A DNA stretch of 64,000 nt, from NCBI RefSeq assembly GCF_009914755.1, contig NC_060936.1. One strand, given 5' to 3'. The number at the start of each line of letters is the position of its first letter. Position 1 is the stretch's first letter. Below, piece after piece: positions 62,821-64,000 of this stretch. The DNA is from the human T2T-CHM13v2.0 reference genome, Homo sapiens. The notes beneath the pieces were generated by a model. That model did not search any database. It was not told the DNA's origin and was given only the letters and a program-made list of their open reading frames with translations. Made by a program: the position numbers and the translations under genes.

Positions 62821-63772
62821 GCAGGGCACGGCCTCACCTCCCACCTCAGCAGGGCACGGCCTCACCTCCCACCTCAGCAGGGCACGGCCTCACCTCCCAT
62901 CTCAGCAGGGCACGGCCTCACCTCCCATCTCAGCAGGGCACGGCCTCGCCTCCCATCTCAGCAGGGCACGGCCTCACCTCCCATCTCAGCAGGGCACGGC
63001 CTCACCTCCCATCTCAGCAGGGCACGGCCTCACCTCCCACCTCAGCAGGGCACGGCCTCACCTCCCATCTCAGCAGGGCACGGCCTCGCCTCCCATCTCT
63101 GCAGGGCATGGCCTCACCTCCTACCTTAGCAGGGCACGGCCTCACCTCCCATCTCAGCAGGGCACGGCCTCACCTCCCACCTCAGCAGGGCACGGCCTCA
63201 CCTCCCACCTCAGCAGGGCACGGCCTCACCTCCCACCTCAGCAGGGCACGGCCTCACCTCCCATCTCAGCAGGGCACGGCCTCGCCTCCCATCTCTGCAG
63301 GGCACGGCCTCACCTCCTACCTTAGCAGGGCACGGCCTCACCTCCCATCTCAGCAGGGCACGGCCTCACCTCCCACCTCAGCAGGGCACGGCCTCACCTC
63401 CCACCTCAGCAGGGCACGGCCTCACCTCCCACCTCAGCAGGGCACGGCCTCACCTCCCATCTCAGCAGGGCACGGCCTCGCCTCCCATCTCTGCAGGGCA
63501 CGGCCTCACCTCCCACCTCAGCAGGGCACGGCCTCACCTCCCATCTCAGCAGGGCACGGCCTCACCTCCCACCTCAGCAGGGCACGGCCTCACCTCCCAC
63601 CTCAGCAGGGCACGGCCTCACCTCCCACCTCAGCAGGGCACGGCCTCACCTCCCATCTCAGCAGGGCACGGCCTCGCCTCCCATCTCTGCAGGGCACGGC
63701 CTCACCTCCTACCTTAGCAGGGCACGGCCTCACCTCCCACCTCAGCAGGGCACGGCCTCACCTCCCATCTCT
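62821..63772. repeat. 28-bp VNTR, 34 units
   Basis: GCAGGGCACGGCCTCACCTCCCA(C/T)CTCA x34. Confidence 0.98.
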
Positions 63773-64000
63773 GCTGAGTCCACTTCATTCAGGCTTCCGT
63801 CCCCAGCTCCCTCTGAAACCACACCTGTCCAGGTCACCAGCGAGGTCAGTGTTGCCGAACCCGGTGGCCCCTCTTCCTGGCCTTCCCAGGGGCAGCTTCC
63901 CTGACTGACCACTCCCTCCTTCTTGAACCTTTTTTTTCACTTGGACTTGAGGACCCCGTACTCTTTCCCATCCTTGCCCTCCCCTCAGTTCCACCTCAGG
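63773..64000 (+). mobile_element. L2 ORF2 (RT) fragment
   Basis: Encodes SPLHSGFRP, matching the L2/CR1 RT motif PLQSGFRP. Confidence 0.75.

Noticed and set aside
62190-63772. CRISPR-like array or PRDM9 motif array
   Set aside because: Units are head-to-tail with no unique spacers, in eukaryotic DNA; I found no exact CCNCCNTNNCCNC match in either unit
63108-63908. 266-aa ORF
   Set aside because: Read-through of the 28-bp VNTR into a decayed L2 RT fragment; its ATG comes from one variant unit

Overview
Primate genomic DNA, most likely human or great ape. It is GC-rich and repeat-dominated, consistent with intergenic or intronic sequence in a distal chromosome band; I cannot name the locus. 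I found no supportable protein-coding gene, RNA gene or CRISPR array, and the long ORFs I examined trace to L1/L2/Alu/LTR relics or tandem repeats. Content: about 21 Alu-family elements, a 4.7-kb disabled L1PA inside a four-level nest, many older L1M/L2/MIR pieces, MaLR/ERV1/ERVL LTRs and hAT DNA transposons. The most distinctive feature is a dense set of minisatellites. Four grew inside recognisable transposons (MLT2, MER21, MIR, L2), and several are homotypic arrays of transcription-factor motifs: ETS CAGGAAGT at ~34.8-35.3 kb, CRE/JUN-type TGATGTCA at ~44.5-46.2 kb and E-boxes at ~62.2-62.6 kb. Also notable are a 7-unit higher-order VNTR, an 85-bp local templated duplication, a cluster of three MER4 LTRs and a candidate 56-nt exon. 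I cannot confidently claim a new biological system; the best lead is length-variable, TE-seeded TF-motif arrays. Repeat subfamily names are recalled from consensus sequences and need RepeatMasker/Dfam confirmation. Boundaries of old elements are approximate.
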